From Ferruginibacter sp. (GTDB lineage Bacteria > Bacteroidota > Bacteroidia > Chitinophagales > Chitinophagaceae), in the NCBI GenBank assembly GCA_043717805.1, contig JAYSWW010000406.1:1-44322 (forward strand): a stretch of 44,322 nt of DNA. Reading direction: 5' to 3'. A program made the translations under genes and the position numbers. Positions 8,103-17,259 of this stretch are shown one piece after another. Numbering within the stretch: the stretch's first letter is position 1; the number at the start of each line of letters is the position of its first letter. The notes beneath the pieces were generated by a model. That model ran no database searches and had not been told where the DNA came from. It was given only the letters and a program-made list of their open reading frames with translations.

Positions 8103-10904
8103 TTAAAAATTATAACCGAAAGAAATAGCAACGTTGGTTCCATAATTTCTTTTAATAGCAAAAGCATCGGAACCCTTATCGTATTTTTTATTATCGTTGA
8201 GGTCGTTATAGAATACCGCTTTTTTATTTAAAATATCAGCGATGTTCAGCTTTATTTCTCCTTTACTTTTTAAAACCTTTTTTGCAATCTGAAAATCAAG
8301 CACCGGTCTTGGGTTTTCCCATATTGGTGGCTGGTCTGAACCTCCAACAAAAACTATTCTTCTGCCGATCTGGTTAAACAATAAAGTTGTATTGATGCCA
8401 TATTTTTCCAGGTCGTATTGTATTCCTGCATTCAGCAGGTATGGGCTCTGGCCCTGCATGGGGCGGGTCAATGCTGTGCTTGCGCTTGTTACCCTGTTAT
8501 AGATATAAGATACATTTCCCTGTACGGTGAAGTTTTTCAACAACGGGTTGAAATCAAGTTTTTTTCTGAACTCCAATTCTGCTCCAAAACTGTTTGCTTC
8601 ATCTGCATTGATAAAGTTGTATGTACTTGATCCGCCTGCACCAACATTAAAATATGCTTCAATTGGATTTTTAAAATATTTATAAAATATACCCAGTGTT
8701 AATAACTCACCGCCTCTTGGATATATTTCATAGCGCAGATCAAAATTGGTAACCTTTGTCCTTACCAATGCTGTATTTCCGGCAACGGTTGCACCAAGGT
8801 CAAAATCAAAAAACTGGAATGTGCTCAGTTCCCTGAATTCGGGGCGTATGACAGTTTGAGATGCTGATACCCTTACATTTGTTTTACCATTTACTTTATA
8901 GGTAAGGTTTAAACCGGGCAGGTAATCGGTAACCTTGCTGTACACATGGCGTGGATCTGTTTTTATCATACTTCCAACAACCTGGTCAAAATTCTCAATT
9001 CTCAGTCCCCATATCGCACGTATTTTGTTGGTGATTTGATTGTCAAGCTGCAGGAATCCTGCATTCAGGATCGAATTGGCTATATAACGGTAAGAAGTAC
9101 CTGACAATTCGTTGAAAGCAAATTTATTGTCGAAACCGGTGCCGAAATTTTCTGCCGCAAATATTTTATCAGCACTTAAATGCCGCAAAGCAGGATTGTC
9201 TGAAGGAAGGTAAACAGCAAACGGCCTTGAATCGAACAGCCTGTCCTTAACCTGGAAAAAGTATCCTCCTTTTATTATCTGGGATAACTCATTGACCAAA
9301 ATGCTTTTGCTCAGATCAGCACCTGCTGTATATACGTAATCATTTAAAAAACCATAATAACGGCTGCCGCTTTTCTGTGATGATTTTGATGCACCGATCA
9401 ACAAAGAATAAAGAGAGTTGGGGTCTGTTGGATCGTCCTGGTTATATTGTATACGGCGTTGATCAGGAATATACTGGTCAAGGATATTAAAACTACCAAA
9501 CCAATGAAATTTTACATCATATTTTTTAATATTATGCTCACCGGAAAGTTGTGAATTGAAAAATGTATTTGCCTTAAAAGCCAGTTCAGAAGCCCTTATA
9601 TTATCACCTGTTGTTGAATTTGATTCAAAATCTTTTCCCACCCTTATTGTAGTATAGTTTGCTGTATTCACATTCAACATATTTTTGAATGATATCTTAC
9701 TGTTATTACCGATTTGTAAAGTAATATTTGCCAGGGCGCCGGCCAGGATCTCTTTATTGTATTTATTATTGAAGTAATCAAAGTTCAGACTGGCGACATT
9801 ATTCTCAAAAAGATTGACCTGGTTTTCAAATTCGGTCCTTTTATGGCTTCTGCTATAATTAACTGCAAGTATGGCTGCCAACTTGGTTTTATTGCCAAGT
9901 TTTTTATTAAACCCACCATTGATCAAAAAACTTTGATTGAGTACCGGAGCAATATTCGATCTGTTTTTTTCAGCTGTCCAAATGTTTGTAAATTGTTTAC
10001 CATAAAGAGTTTTTGCACCGTTGTCTAATTCGGCAAAAACTGCTTTTTTAGGGAAATTTGCCGGCAGTCCCCTTTTCCCGTTATCAAAACCCAACCAATC
10101 GGTTCCACTTCCTTCATAATTGTAAAAGTCTTTTCCGATGGTCTGTGTATTAAAGCCTGTACCAATCTGAATATTAAAAAAGTTCTTTGCCGGAACATCT
10201 TTACTGTTCACCTGTATCAAGCCGCCCGCCCACTCACCTGGCAATTCGGGGATGAATGATTTATTGATAATGATATTTTCTATCATTGAAGAAGGCAAAA
10301 TGTCGAAACTGAAAGTTTTCCTATCCGGTTCTGTGCTACTCAATAAAATACCATTCAGCATAGCCTGGTTATAACGGTCAGCCAATCCACGAACCACCAA
10401 ATATTTCCCTTCCTGTACAGAAGTTCCCGGAACTCTTTTTAAAACTTCCCCTGTATTTTTATCAGGCGATCTCCTGATGGCTTCTGCACTGATCACCTGG
10501 GCAACCACACTTGAATTTTTCTGATAAGCAATCAATGCGGCTGTAGTTTCCTTTCTTGCTGTTGACCTGACAACCACTGCATCCTGTGTTTTAGTCACAC
10601 GGTCTAAAACTATATCCATACTAACAGTTTTGCCTGGCAGCACTTCAAATTCTTCTAATTTTTTTGTCTGGTATCCAACAGAGCTTAATGATATGGAATA
10701 TTTTTTTCCGGCTGTCAAAGTCATATTGAAATTACCATCCACATCAGAAGTCGTTTTTGAAATAGTTCCATCGATCGATATGGTAACGCCACTGATCATA
10801 ACCCCGGATTTGGAGTCCGTTACCTTCCCTTCAACCTGGCCGGTTTGTGCAGTTGCAAAAAAAGAAATTGTAAAAAACCCAATCAGAAAAGTAAATAATT
10901 TCAT
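8103..10904 (-). CDS. TonB-dependent receptor
   Basis: Signal peptide, N-terminal carboxypeptidase-regulatory-like domain (VEGKVTDSKSG...), plug motifs (EVLKRVPG, VRGLADRYN), beta-barrel ending in SFGYNF. Confidence 0.92.
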   Translation of the reverse strand: MKLFTFLIGFFTISFFATAQTGQVEGKVTDSKSGVMISGVTISIDGTISKTTSDVDGNFNMTLTAGKKYSISLSSVGYQTKKLEEFEVLPGKTVSMDIVLDRVTKTQDAVVVRSTARKETTAALIAYQKNSSVVAQVISAEAIRRSPDKNTGEVLKRVPGTSVQEGKYLVVRGLADRYNQAMLNGILLSSTEPDRKTFSFDILPSSMIENIIINKSFIPELPGEWAGGLIQVNSKDVPAKNFFNIQIGTGFNTQTIGKDFYNYEGSGTDWLGFDNGKRGLPANFPKKAVFAELDNGAKTLYGKQFTNIWTAEKNRSNIAPVLNQSFLINGGFNKKLGNKTKLAAILAVNYSRSHKRTEFENQVNLFENNVASLNFDYFNNKYNKEILAGALANITLQIGNNSKISFKNMLNVNTANYTTIRVGKDFESNSTTGDNIRASELAFKANTFFNSQLSGEHNIKKYDVKFHWFGSFNILDQYIPDQRRIQYNQDDPTDPNSLYSLLIGASKSSQKSGSRYYGFLNDYVYTAGADLSKSILVNELSQIIKGGYFFQVKDRLFDSRPFAVYLPSDNPALRHLSADKIFAAENFGTGFDNKFAFNELSGTSYRYIANSILNAGFLQLDNQITNKIRAIWGLRIENFDQVVGSMIKTDPRHVYSKVTDYLPGLNLTYKVNGKTNVRVSASQTVIRPEFRELSTFQFFDFDLGATVAGNTALVRTKVTNFDLRYEIYPRGGELLTLGIFYKYFKNPIEAYFNVGAGGSSTYNFINADEANSFGAELEFRKKLDFNPLLKNFTVQGNVSYIYNRVTSASTALTRPMQGQSPYLLNAGIQYDLEKYGINTTLLFNQIGRRIVFVGGSDQPPIWENPRPVLDFQIAKKVLKSKGEIKLNIADILNKKAVFYNDLNDNKKYDKGSDAFAIKRNYGTNVAISFGYNF

Positions 10905-10916
10905 GCCGCTCTTATT

Positions 10917-10999
10917 TGTTACAAAGAGACACCATGCATGTTATGAGAAGATGAACCTAAGGTTACGGTATCATTACCGCTGTGTTACGTAATTGTTAA
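10917..10999 (-). promoter_or_regulatory. 11-bp-phased direct repeat array (Pho-box-like) upstream of the TonB-dependent receptor
   Basis: Minus-strand hexamers at plus coordinates 10994 TTAACA, 10983 GTAACA, 10972 GTAATG, 10961 GTAACC, 10939 ATAACA, 10917 GTAACA; degenerate -7 element TCTCTTTG at 10922-10929. Confidence 0.7.
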
Positions 11000-11007
11000 G
11001 AGAAAGC

Positions 11008-12312
11008 TTAAAACCTGAATTGAATCCTGCACGTGAAAACATCATCTTTAACATCGCTGGTATAGCCTGGGAGTTGTGTTTTTTCGTTTGTTATTTTTTC
11101 GTACCAAAGTACCAATTTTACATTTTCCAATAAATAACAGATATAGCCAAAACCAAGCGTGCTGTATTTGATATTGGCTGCATTCAAATTGCTGCCGGCC
11201 TTTCCGATATCATTTGATTTCACTGAAGTATTGGGATCATACTAGTCATATTTTATACCAATTTGATGACGAGTACTTCCCAAATTTTGCAAAAAATAAA
11301 AATAGGCCCCATTGAATTTTCTTATATAATAACCTTCCTTGCCTGTAAATACTGTACCGGGTGTTTCACTGCTGTTAAATGATGCTGTTTGATTACCGGT
11401 CATGAATTCTGCCCTCAATTCCGAATACCCAACTTTGTTTTTTATTTTTATTTGAGCATCAATCCCGTAATAATGCCTTGGAGCAATTTTACCAATATTG
11501 CCTGAAGAAGAATCAACTATAAAATTTTTTATACCTGCTGTTGTCTTTGTTTCATAAACATATTTGGTGTTTTGCGATAAGCCTCCATATAAAACTGAAA
11601 CTGCAGCGCCCAGTTTGATCTTATTTCCAAGCGATTGTGGCTTTATGGAAACCCTTCCAATGATATCCTTGTGACTATCATAATCTGTAGCAGATGAAAG
11701 CCCCGGACCATTAAATACTCCTATATCAGCTTTCAAAAATTTTAATTTGCTATCCTTATTTCGTGCATCAAATGTCAGCATCGCCCCCACATCTCTTTCT
11801 GTCTTCATTAATACCTGGCTCATACGACCTCGTTCAGGGCTTTCACGGTCTGAACTTGATAAATTCAATTCATAACTGATAGGCCTTGCGAACAAACCAA
11901 TGGTAAAAGCGAAATTTTTATACTTGTTTTCAAAGATCCTTCCCCAAACATCCCTGGCATTGACACCCCTTTCAGTTGCATCAAATTGAAATACAAATTG
12001 CAGGGATGGCCCCTTTGTTTTAGGGAAATATATATAATCAATTCGAATCCTGGCCCTCCTTAACATAAAGCGGTTATTGCTGTTGTTTGCAAAATCCCCG
12101 CCGGCAAAACCTTTTGCCCCTTTACTTCCTGCTACCTGGAATTGTGGCTGAATGTACCCGCTTATTTTTAAATGATCAAACCGATTGTACATTGCAAGAA
12201 TGCCCTTTCCCATGTCTTTTGACGTATCCACCATATCCATTAGATACTGGGCTTGCACAAACCTGCTTAAAACAAGTGCGAAAATCAGCAAAAGCATTTT
12301 TTTTATTTGCAT
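11008..12312 (-). pseudogene. Outer-membrane porin (phosphate-selective porin O/P-like) interrupted by one in-frame TAG at 11242-11244
   Basis: ORFs 11242-12342 and 11008-11223 share a frame: ...GIKYD*YDPNTSVKSND...TCRIQFRF. Signal peptide from ATG 12312, motif FMLRRARIRIDY, C-terminal Phe. Confidence 0.8.
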
Positions 12313-12347
12313 TCTTACTATTTTACAGTAAAGAAATAACAATTTAA

Positions 12348-12375
12348 TATTACCTCTGTGTTACCAAATTATTAT
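12348..12375 (-). promoter_or_regulatory. Three 11-bp-phased repeats (Pho-box-like) in the porin/DUF47 divergent promoter
   Basis: Minus-strand GTAATA (12348), GTAACA (12359), ATAATA (12370). Confidence 0.55.
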
Positions 12376-12436
12376 CATTCTAATATCGGGCCCATTTTTT
12401 AACCTAAAAAGTAACCTTTGCGGCAAAACATATTTT

Positions 12437-13087
12437 ATGGCTGGTTTAAATTCAATTCTACAGATCTTTTTACCCAAAGACAGGGTGTTCTTTCAGTTAT
12501 TTGAAAGCGTGGTTGATGTGCTGGTAAAAATGGGTGAAAAATTAAAGGAAGTGGTTCATGAACCTGACTTTGATGGAAGGGCAAAACTCATCAAAGAAAT
12601 TGAAAACCTGGAACACGTAAATGATGATTATACGCACCAGATCTTTACAGAATTGGGCAAAAATTTTATTACGCCATTTGACAGGGAAGACATTCATTAC
12701 CTGGCTTCTGCATTGGATGATATTGCTGATTACATTTATGCATCTGCCAAAAAGATCAATTTTTACAGGGTAAACCCAAATGATACCGGTATCCATAAAA
12801 TGTCTGATGTGATAGCACTGGGCTGTGTTGCTGTTCATGATGCAGTTATGGAGTTGCGTAATATGAAAAACATGCGTAAGATCACAGATGCTTTGGTTAC
12901 CATCAACAGCATTGAAAACCAGGGCGACGACATATTTGACATGAGTATAGAACGCTTATTTGCAGAGGAATCTGATGCAAAAGAAGTTATAAAGAAAAGA
13001 GAGATTTACCAGGTAATGGAGATCGTTACTGATAAATGCGAAGATGCAGCTAATGTTATAGAAAGTATTATTGTGAAGTATGCATAA
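12437..13087 (+). CDS. DUF47 family protein (PhoU-like Pit accessory/regulator)
   Basis: Motifs IENLEH, FITPFDREDIHYLASALDDIAD, IENQGD and DKCEDAANVIESIIVKYA; directly upstream of pit. Confidence 0.93.
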   Translation: MAGLNSILQIFLPKDRVFFQLFESVVDVLVKMGEKLKEVVHEPDFDGRAKLIKEIENLEHVNDDYTHQIFTELGKNFITPFDREDIHYLASALDDIADYIYASAKKINFYRVNPNDTGIHKMSDVIALGCVAVHDAVMELRNMKNMRKITDALVTINSIENQGDDIFDMSIERLFAEESDAKEVIKKREIYQVMEIVTDKCEDAANVIESIIVKYA

Positions 13088-13124
13088 AAATCTGCAGTAA
13101 GTTTTCAAAACTCAACATTAAAAA

Positions 13125-14834
13125 ATGACCTTAGTTATAATTATCATTGCACTTGCATTAATATTCGACTACATCAATGGTTTTCATGATGCAGCAAACT
13201 CAATAGCTACCGTAGTTTCAACCAAAGTGCTTAGCCCTTTCCAGGCGGTGGTGTGGGCTGCTATATTCAATTGCGTTGCTTATTTTATTTTTAAAGATCA
13301 TGCGGTTGCCAATACCATCAGCAAAACCGTTAATAAAGAATTCATTACCCTTCCGGTGATTTTTTCGGGGCTCATTGCTGCGATCTTCTGGAATTTATTG
13401 ACCTGGTGGTATGGAATCCCTTCTTCTTCCTCGCATACTTTGATCGGTGGATTTGCAGGTGCGGCCATTGCCCATGGATTGATGATAAAAGGAATTGGAT
13501 TCAGTTGGGGTAAAATTGTAGAATCTGATATTATTTTAAGTACCATAATTTTTATCTTCCTGGCCCCGCTGATAGGAATGTGTATCTCCATTTTTATTTC
13601 TATCGTAACAATCATGCGGAATATCTGGTTAAGAATAGGCATCATAACCATCGTTACATTTTTAACTGTATTGTTATTCGACCATTTTGAAACAACCAAA
13701 ATGGATGAAAATCTTCAGAAGTTTTTAAAAATAGACAAGTATAAAAAAGAAGTATCTGAAAACTTAACAAAAAAAGAATCAAATCCAAACGACACTGCTT
13801 CCTTAATTGCTTATAACACAGCAAAAGAAAAATTAGACAAGGCAATCCCCAATTACAAAAATATCAAGGTTTTGGTTGATGACTTTGATAAACTTGGTGC
13901 AAAAGAGATCGCCAAACAGGCAACTGCGAACGGGTGGCTGAAAGACATTGAGGCAAGCAGGCTAAAAGATGATGTACGCAATGCAAATGATTTCCTGGTG
14001 TTGGAATCAAAAGCGACCAGCGATGATAAAATAAAAGCTGAATATGCTGTAGCAAAACTGGCAACAGAAAAGTATAAGGAACCATTGAAGAAATTTCTTA
14101 AAAAAGACATGTCTTTGGACAGCACTTTGGTTGCATTGAATGCGATCTATCCGATCAAAGACATCAACTCCGAAAAGGTTAAAAAGAAGATCGCTTCTTT
14201 CAATATTGAAAAAGCACTGGCAAAAGATATTGATAAAGCTGATAATAGTATGATCGTTTGGGGTATCATTTTTACTTCCATATTATTTTGCCTGGTATAT
14301 TTATATGTTGAAAAGATCAGAACACCTACCGCTTACAAAGTAGCAAATATGTTTAAAAAACTGCAATTATTCAGTTCTGCTGCATTCAGCATCGGGCATG
14401 GTGGCAACGATGCACAAAAGGTAATGGGTATTATAGGGGCTGCATTGATTGCAAATGGCAGTATTCAGAATTTTTCAGATCTGCCCAATTGGGTACCCGC
14501 AGCCTGTTACCTGGCCATTGGCCTGGGTACTATGAGTGGTGGATGGAAAATCATCAAAACGATGGGTACCAAAATTACAAAGGTTACCCCATTGGAAGGT
14601 GTGGCAGCAGAAACAGCGGGCGCATTTACATTGTTTTTTACCGGTCAAATGGGTATTCCTGTTTCAACCACTCATACTATTACCGGTAGTATTATTGGTG
14701 TTGGAGCTACAAAACGGTTAAGTGCCGTCAGGTGGGGTGTAACCGTAAACTTACTGTGGGCATGGGTTTTAACGATCCCTGTCAGCGGTTTGCTAGCTGC
14801 CATCACTTATTATATTGTTCATTTCTTCTTATAA
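13125..14834 (+). CDS. pit: Inorganic phosphate transporter (PiT family) with a large central insertion
   Basis: Signatures NGFHDAANSIAT, GIPSSSSH, HGGNDAQK, GIPVSTTH; 569 aa. Confidence 0.93.
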   Translation: MTLVIIIIALALIFDYINGFHDAANSIATVVSTKVLSPFQAVVWAAIFNCVAYFIFKDHAVANTISKTVNKEFITLPVIFSGLIAAIFWNLLTWWYGIPSSSSHTLIGGFAGAAIAHGLMIKGIGFSWGKIVESDIILSTIIFIFLAPLIGMCISIFISIVTIMRNIWLRIGIITIVTFLTVLLFDHFETTKMDENLQKFLKIDKYKKEVSENLTKKESNPNDTASLIAYNTAKEKLDKAIPNYKNIKVLVDDFDKLGAKEIAKQATANGWLKDIEASRLKDDVRNANDFLVLESKATSDDKIKAEYAVAKLATEKYKEPLKKFLKKDMSLDSTLVALNAIYPIKDINSEKVKKKIASFNIEKALAKDIDKADNSMIVWGIIFTSILFCLVYLYVEKIRTPTAYKVANMFKKLQLFSSAAFSIGHGGNDAQKVMGIIGAALIANGSIQNFSDLPNWVPAACYLAIGLGTMSGGWKIIKTMGTKITKVTPLEGVAAETAGAFTLFFTGQMGIPVSTTHTITGSIIGVGATKRLSAVRWGVTVNLLWAWVLTIPVSGLLAAITYYIVHFFL

Positions 14835-14859
14835 ATTATTTGTTCCTGAATTTATTTGC

Positions 14860-14888
14860 AAATCACTCAATTCATTGGGTGATTTTTT
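14860..14888 (+). terminator. Intrinsic terminator after pit
   Basis: AAATCACTCAA-ttca-TTGGGTGATTT followed by Ts. Confidence 0.7.
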
Positions 14889-14968
14889 ATTTTCTTTGCA
14901 TTCAGAAATAATCAGATCAATTTAATTCTGATAACATTTTGCATTGTAAAAAAAATTATCTTTCACAG

Positions 14969-16024
14969 ATGAAAAAAATATTGGTTACAGGCGGTTGTGG
15001 TTATATTGGTTCACATACTATTGTCGACCTGATCCAAAACGGATTCAACGTTATTTCTGCTGATAACAACAGCAGGAGTAACCCAAATATACTGGAAGGA
15101 GTAGAAAAAATAACCGGGGTTAAAGTTAAAAATTACACAGTAGACCTTTGCATTTTTGATGACACACACGCCATCTTCCAGGAAAATCCTGATATTGACG
15201 GTATCATTCACTTTGCAGCATATAAATCGGTTGGAGAATCAGTTGAGAACCCATTGCTGTATTTTGAGAACAATTTAAATTCACTCATAAATATTTTAAA
15301 ATGCGCTTCGGAATTTAATATCCCGCATTTTGTTTTTTCTTCTTCCTGTACGGTTTATGGTAATCCAGTTGAAATTCCGGTAACTGAAGCCAGCACATTA
15401 CAAAAAGCTGAATCGGCCTACGGGTTTACAAAACAAATGGGCGAGCAGATCGTTGAACAAACTGTTATCAGTAATGATATACAGGCAGTTTTATTAAGGT
15501 ATTTTAACCCTGTTGGAGCACACCCGTCAAATCATATTGGTGAAATACCAATAGGAAAACCCGCAAACCTGGTTCCGGCCATCACACAAACAGCCATTGG
15601 AAAATTATCACAAATGAAAGTACACGGCAATGACTACCCGACAAAAGACGGAAGTTGTATCAGGGATTATATCCATGTTTCAGATATAGCGCATGCGCAT
15701 ACACTTGCTCTTAATTACCTGATCAATGATAAGAATGAAAGCAATTGCGATGTTTTCAACCTGGGAAGTGGCAATGGATACAGTGTATTGGAAGTAATCA
15801 AGTCTTTTGAAAAAGTAAGTGATCAGAAACTCAATTATGCGATCGGGCCAAGAAGGCCCGGTGATGTGATCGCCATTTTTGCAAACAATGAAAAAGCAAC
15901 AAAACTTTTAAGCTGGGTACCAAAATACAACCTCGAAGATATGATGGCAACTGCCTGGAAATGGGAACAAAAACTTAAGTCTGATGAAAATCTCTTCAAT
16001 ACTCAAAAAGTGAATTTGAATTAA
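14969..16024 (+). CDS. galE: UDP-glucose 4-epimerase
   Basis: GGCGYIGSH, HFAAYKSVGES, FSSSCTVYG, YGFTK (YxxxK), LLRYFNPVGAH, RDYIHV; ATG at 14969. Confidence 0.95.
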   Translation: MKKILVTGGCGYIGSHTIVDLIQNGFNVISADNNSRSNPNILEGVEKITGVKVKNYTVDLCIFDDTHAIFQENPDIDGIIHFAAYKSVGESVENPLLYFENNLNSLINILKCASEFNIPHFVFSSSCTVYGNPVEIPVTEASTLQKAESAYGFTKQMGEQIVEQTVISNDIQAVLLRYFNPVGAHPSNHIGEIPIGKPANLVPAITQTAIGKLSQMKVHGNDYPTKDGSCIRDYIHVSDIAHAHTLALNYLINDKNESNCDVFNLGSGNGYSVLEVIKSFEKVSDQKLNYAIGPRRPGDVIAIFANNEKATKLLSWVPKYNLEDMMATAWKWEQKLKSDENLFNTQKVNLN

Positions 16025-16221
16025 TTCGCTTAATTAAGATTTTGAAAGTACTGCATCTTTTGATTTTGTTAATTAATCAGTTCTGATAAATTAAATTCGA
16101 AAACGACGCCTGAATCAACATTAAATCTTTACTCAATTAAACTTTGTTTGCAACTTTCTGACTTTACCTTGTCTTCAATCAAATCTTTCTTTTACTTTGC
16201 AGCATCAAAAAAACTCAGCTT

Positions 16222-17178
16222 ATGCTCAATGATATTCAGGTTACAGGCAATAAAGACACCAGGAGCGGTTTTGGTGACGGTATACTTGAAGCTGCCAGGG
16301 AAGATAAAAATATTGTAGCACTTACCGCCGACCTGGCCGGTTCTTTAAAATTAAATGGTTTTATAAAAGAGTTCCCTGAAAGATTCATTCAATGCGGCAT
16401 TGCAGAAGCCAATATGATGGGCATTGCTGCAGGCCTTACCATTGGCGGAAAAATCCCATTTACAACAACGTTTGCAAATTTCAGCACCGGCCGTGTTTAT
16501 GACCAGATAAGGCAAAGCATTGCTTACAGTGGTAAAAATGTAAAGATCTGTGCATCTCATGCCGGGCTTACACTTGGTGAAGATGGCGCAACTCACCAGA
16601 TTCTTGAAGATATTGGTATGATGAAAATGTTGCCGGGCATGACAGTAATTGTTCCTGCAGATTATAACCAAACCAAGGCAGCTACAAAAGCCATTGCTAA
16701 ATTTGAAGGACCTGTATACCTGCGTTTTGGCCGTCCGGTTTGGCCAATATTCACAAAAGAAGAAGATTTTATTGTAGGAAAAGCACAACAAATCTCTGAA
16801 GGAAAAGACATTTCGATATTTGCTTGCGGCCACCTGGTTTGGATTGCCATTGAAGCTGGTAAAATATTAGAATCAAAGGGTTTCAGTGTTGAAATAATAA
16901 ATATTCATACCATCAAACCACTGGACACCGAAGCCGTATTGGCATCCATTAAAAAAACCGGTTGTGCGGTAACCGCTGAAGAACACAATATCATTGGTGG
17001 ACTGGGAGACAGCATTGCCCAGGTTGCAGCTAAAAACTGCCCCATCCCCATTGAATACATCGGTACCAATGATACTTTTGGCGAAAGCGGTAAACCCAGT
17101 GACTTACTTGTAAAATACGGATTGGATGCCGGTCACATTGTAGCGGCAGCAGAAAAAGTTATGTCCAGAAAAAAATGA
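16222..17178 (+). CDS. Transketolase, C-terminal (pyrimidine-binding) subunit
   Basis: GIAEANM, GEDGATHQ, GPVYLRFGR, TIKPLD, AEEH motifs; 318 aa. Confidence 0.92.
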   Translation: MLNDIQVTGNKDTRSGFGDGILEAAREDKNIVALTADLAGSLKLNGFIKEFPERFIQCGIAEANMMGIAAGLTIGGKIPFTTTFANFSTGRVYDQIRQSIAYSGKNVKICASHAGLTLGEDGATHQILEDIGMMKMLPGMTVIVPADYNQTKAATKAIAKFEGPVYLRFGRPVWPIFTKEEDFIVGKAQQISEGKDISIFACGHLVWIAIEAGKILESKGFSVEIINIHTIKPLDTEAVLASIKKTGCAVTAEEHNIIGGLGDSIAQVAAKNCPIPIEYIGTNDTFGESGKPSDLLVKYGLDAGHIVAAAEKVMSRKK

Positions 17179-17208
17179 TCGCCCATTTCTTATTAAACTT
17201 TTTAAAAT

Positions 17209-17235
17209 AAAACCAATCTTAAGATTGGTTTTTTT
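17209..17235 (+). terminator. Intrinsic terminator (perfect 24-bp palindrome plus T tract)
   Basis: AAAACCAATCTTAAGATTGGTTTT then TTT; immediately followed by a -7 element TAATTTTG (17235-17242). Confidence 0.75.
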
Positions 17236-17259
17236 AATTTTGGAATACTTAATCAATTT

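Noticed and set aside
6649-10904. SusC/SusD polysaccharide utilisation locus
   Set aside because: The lipoprotein lacks SusD character, no glycoside hydrolases are adjacent, and the context is phosphate-related
11008-11223. Independent 71-aa gene
   Set aside because: It is the in-frame C-terminal continuation of the porin beyond the TAG
11242-11244. Genome-wide TAG reassignment or pyrrolysine
   Set aside because: TAG ends several intact genes here (response regulator at 5374, DUF1501 at 31622, 37414, 38233, gcvH at 38698), no other gene shows an internal TAG, and no pyl genes are visible
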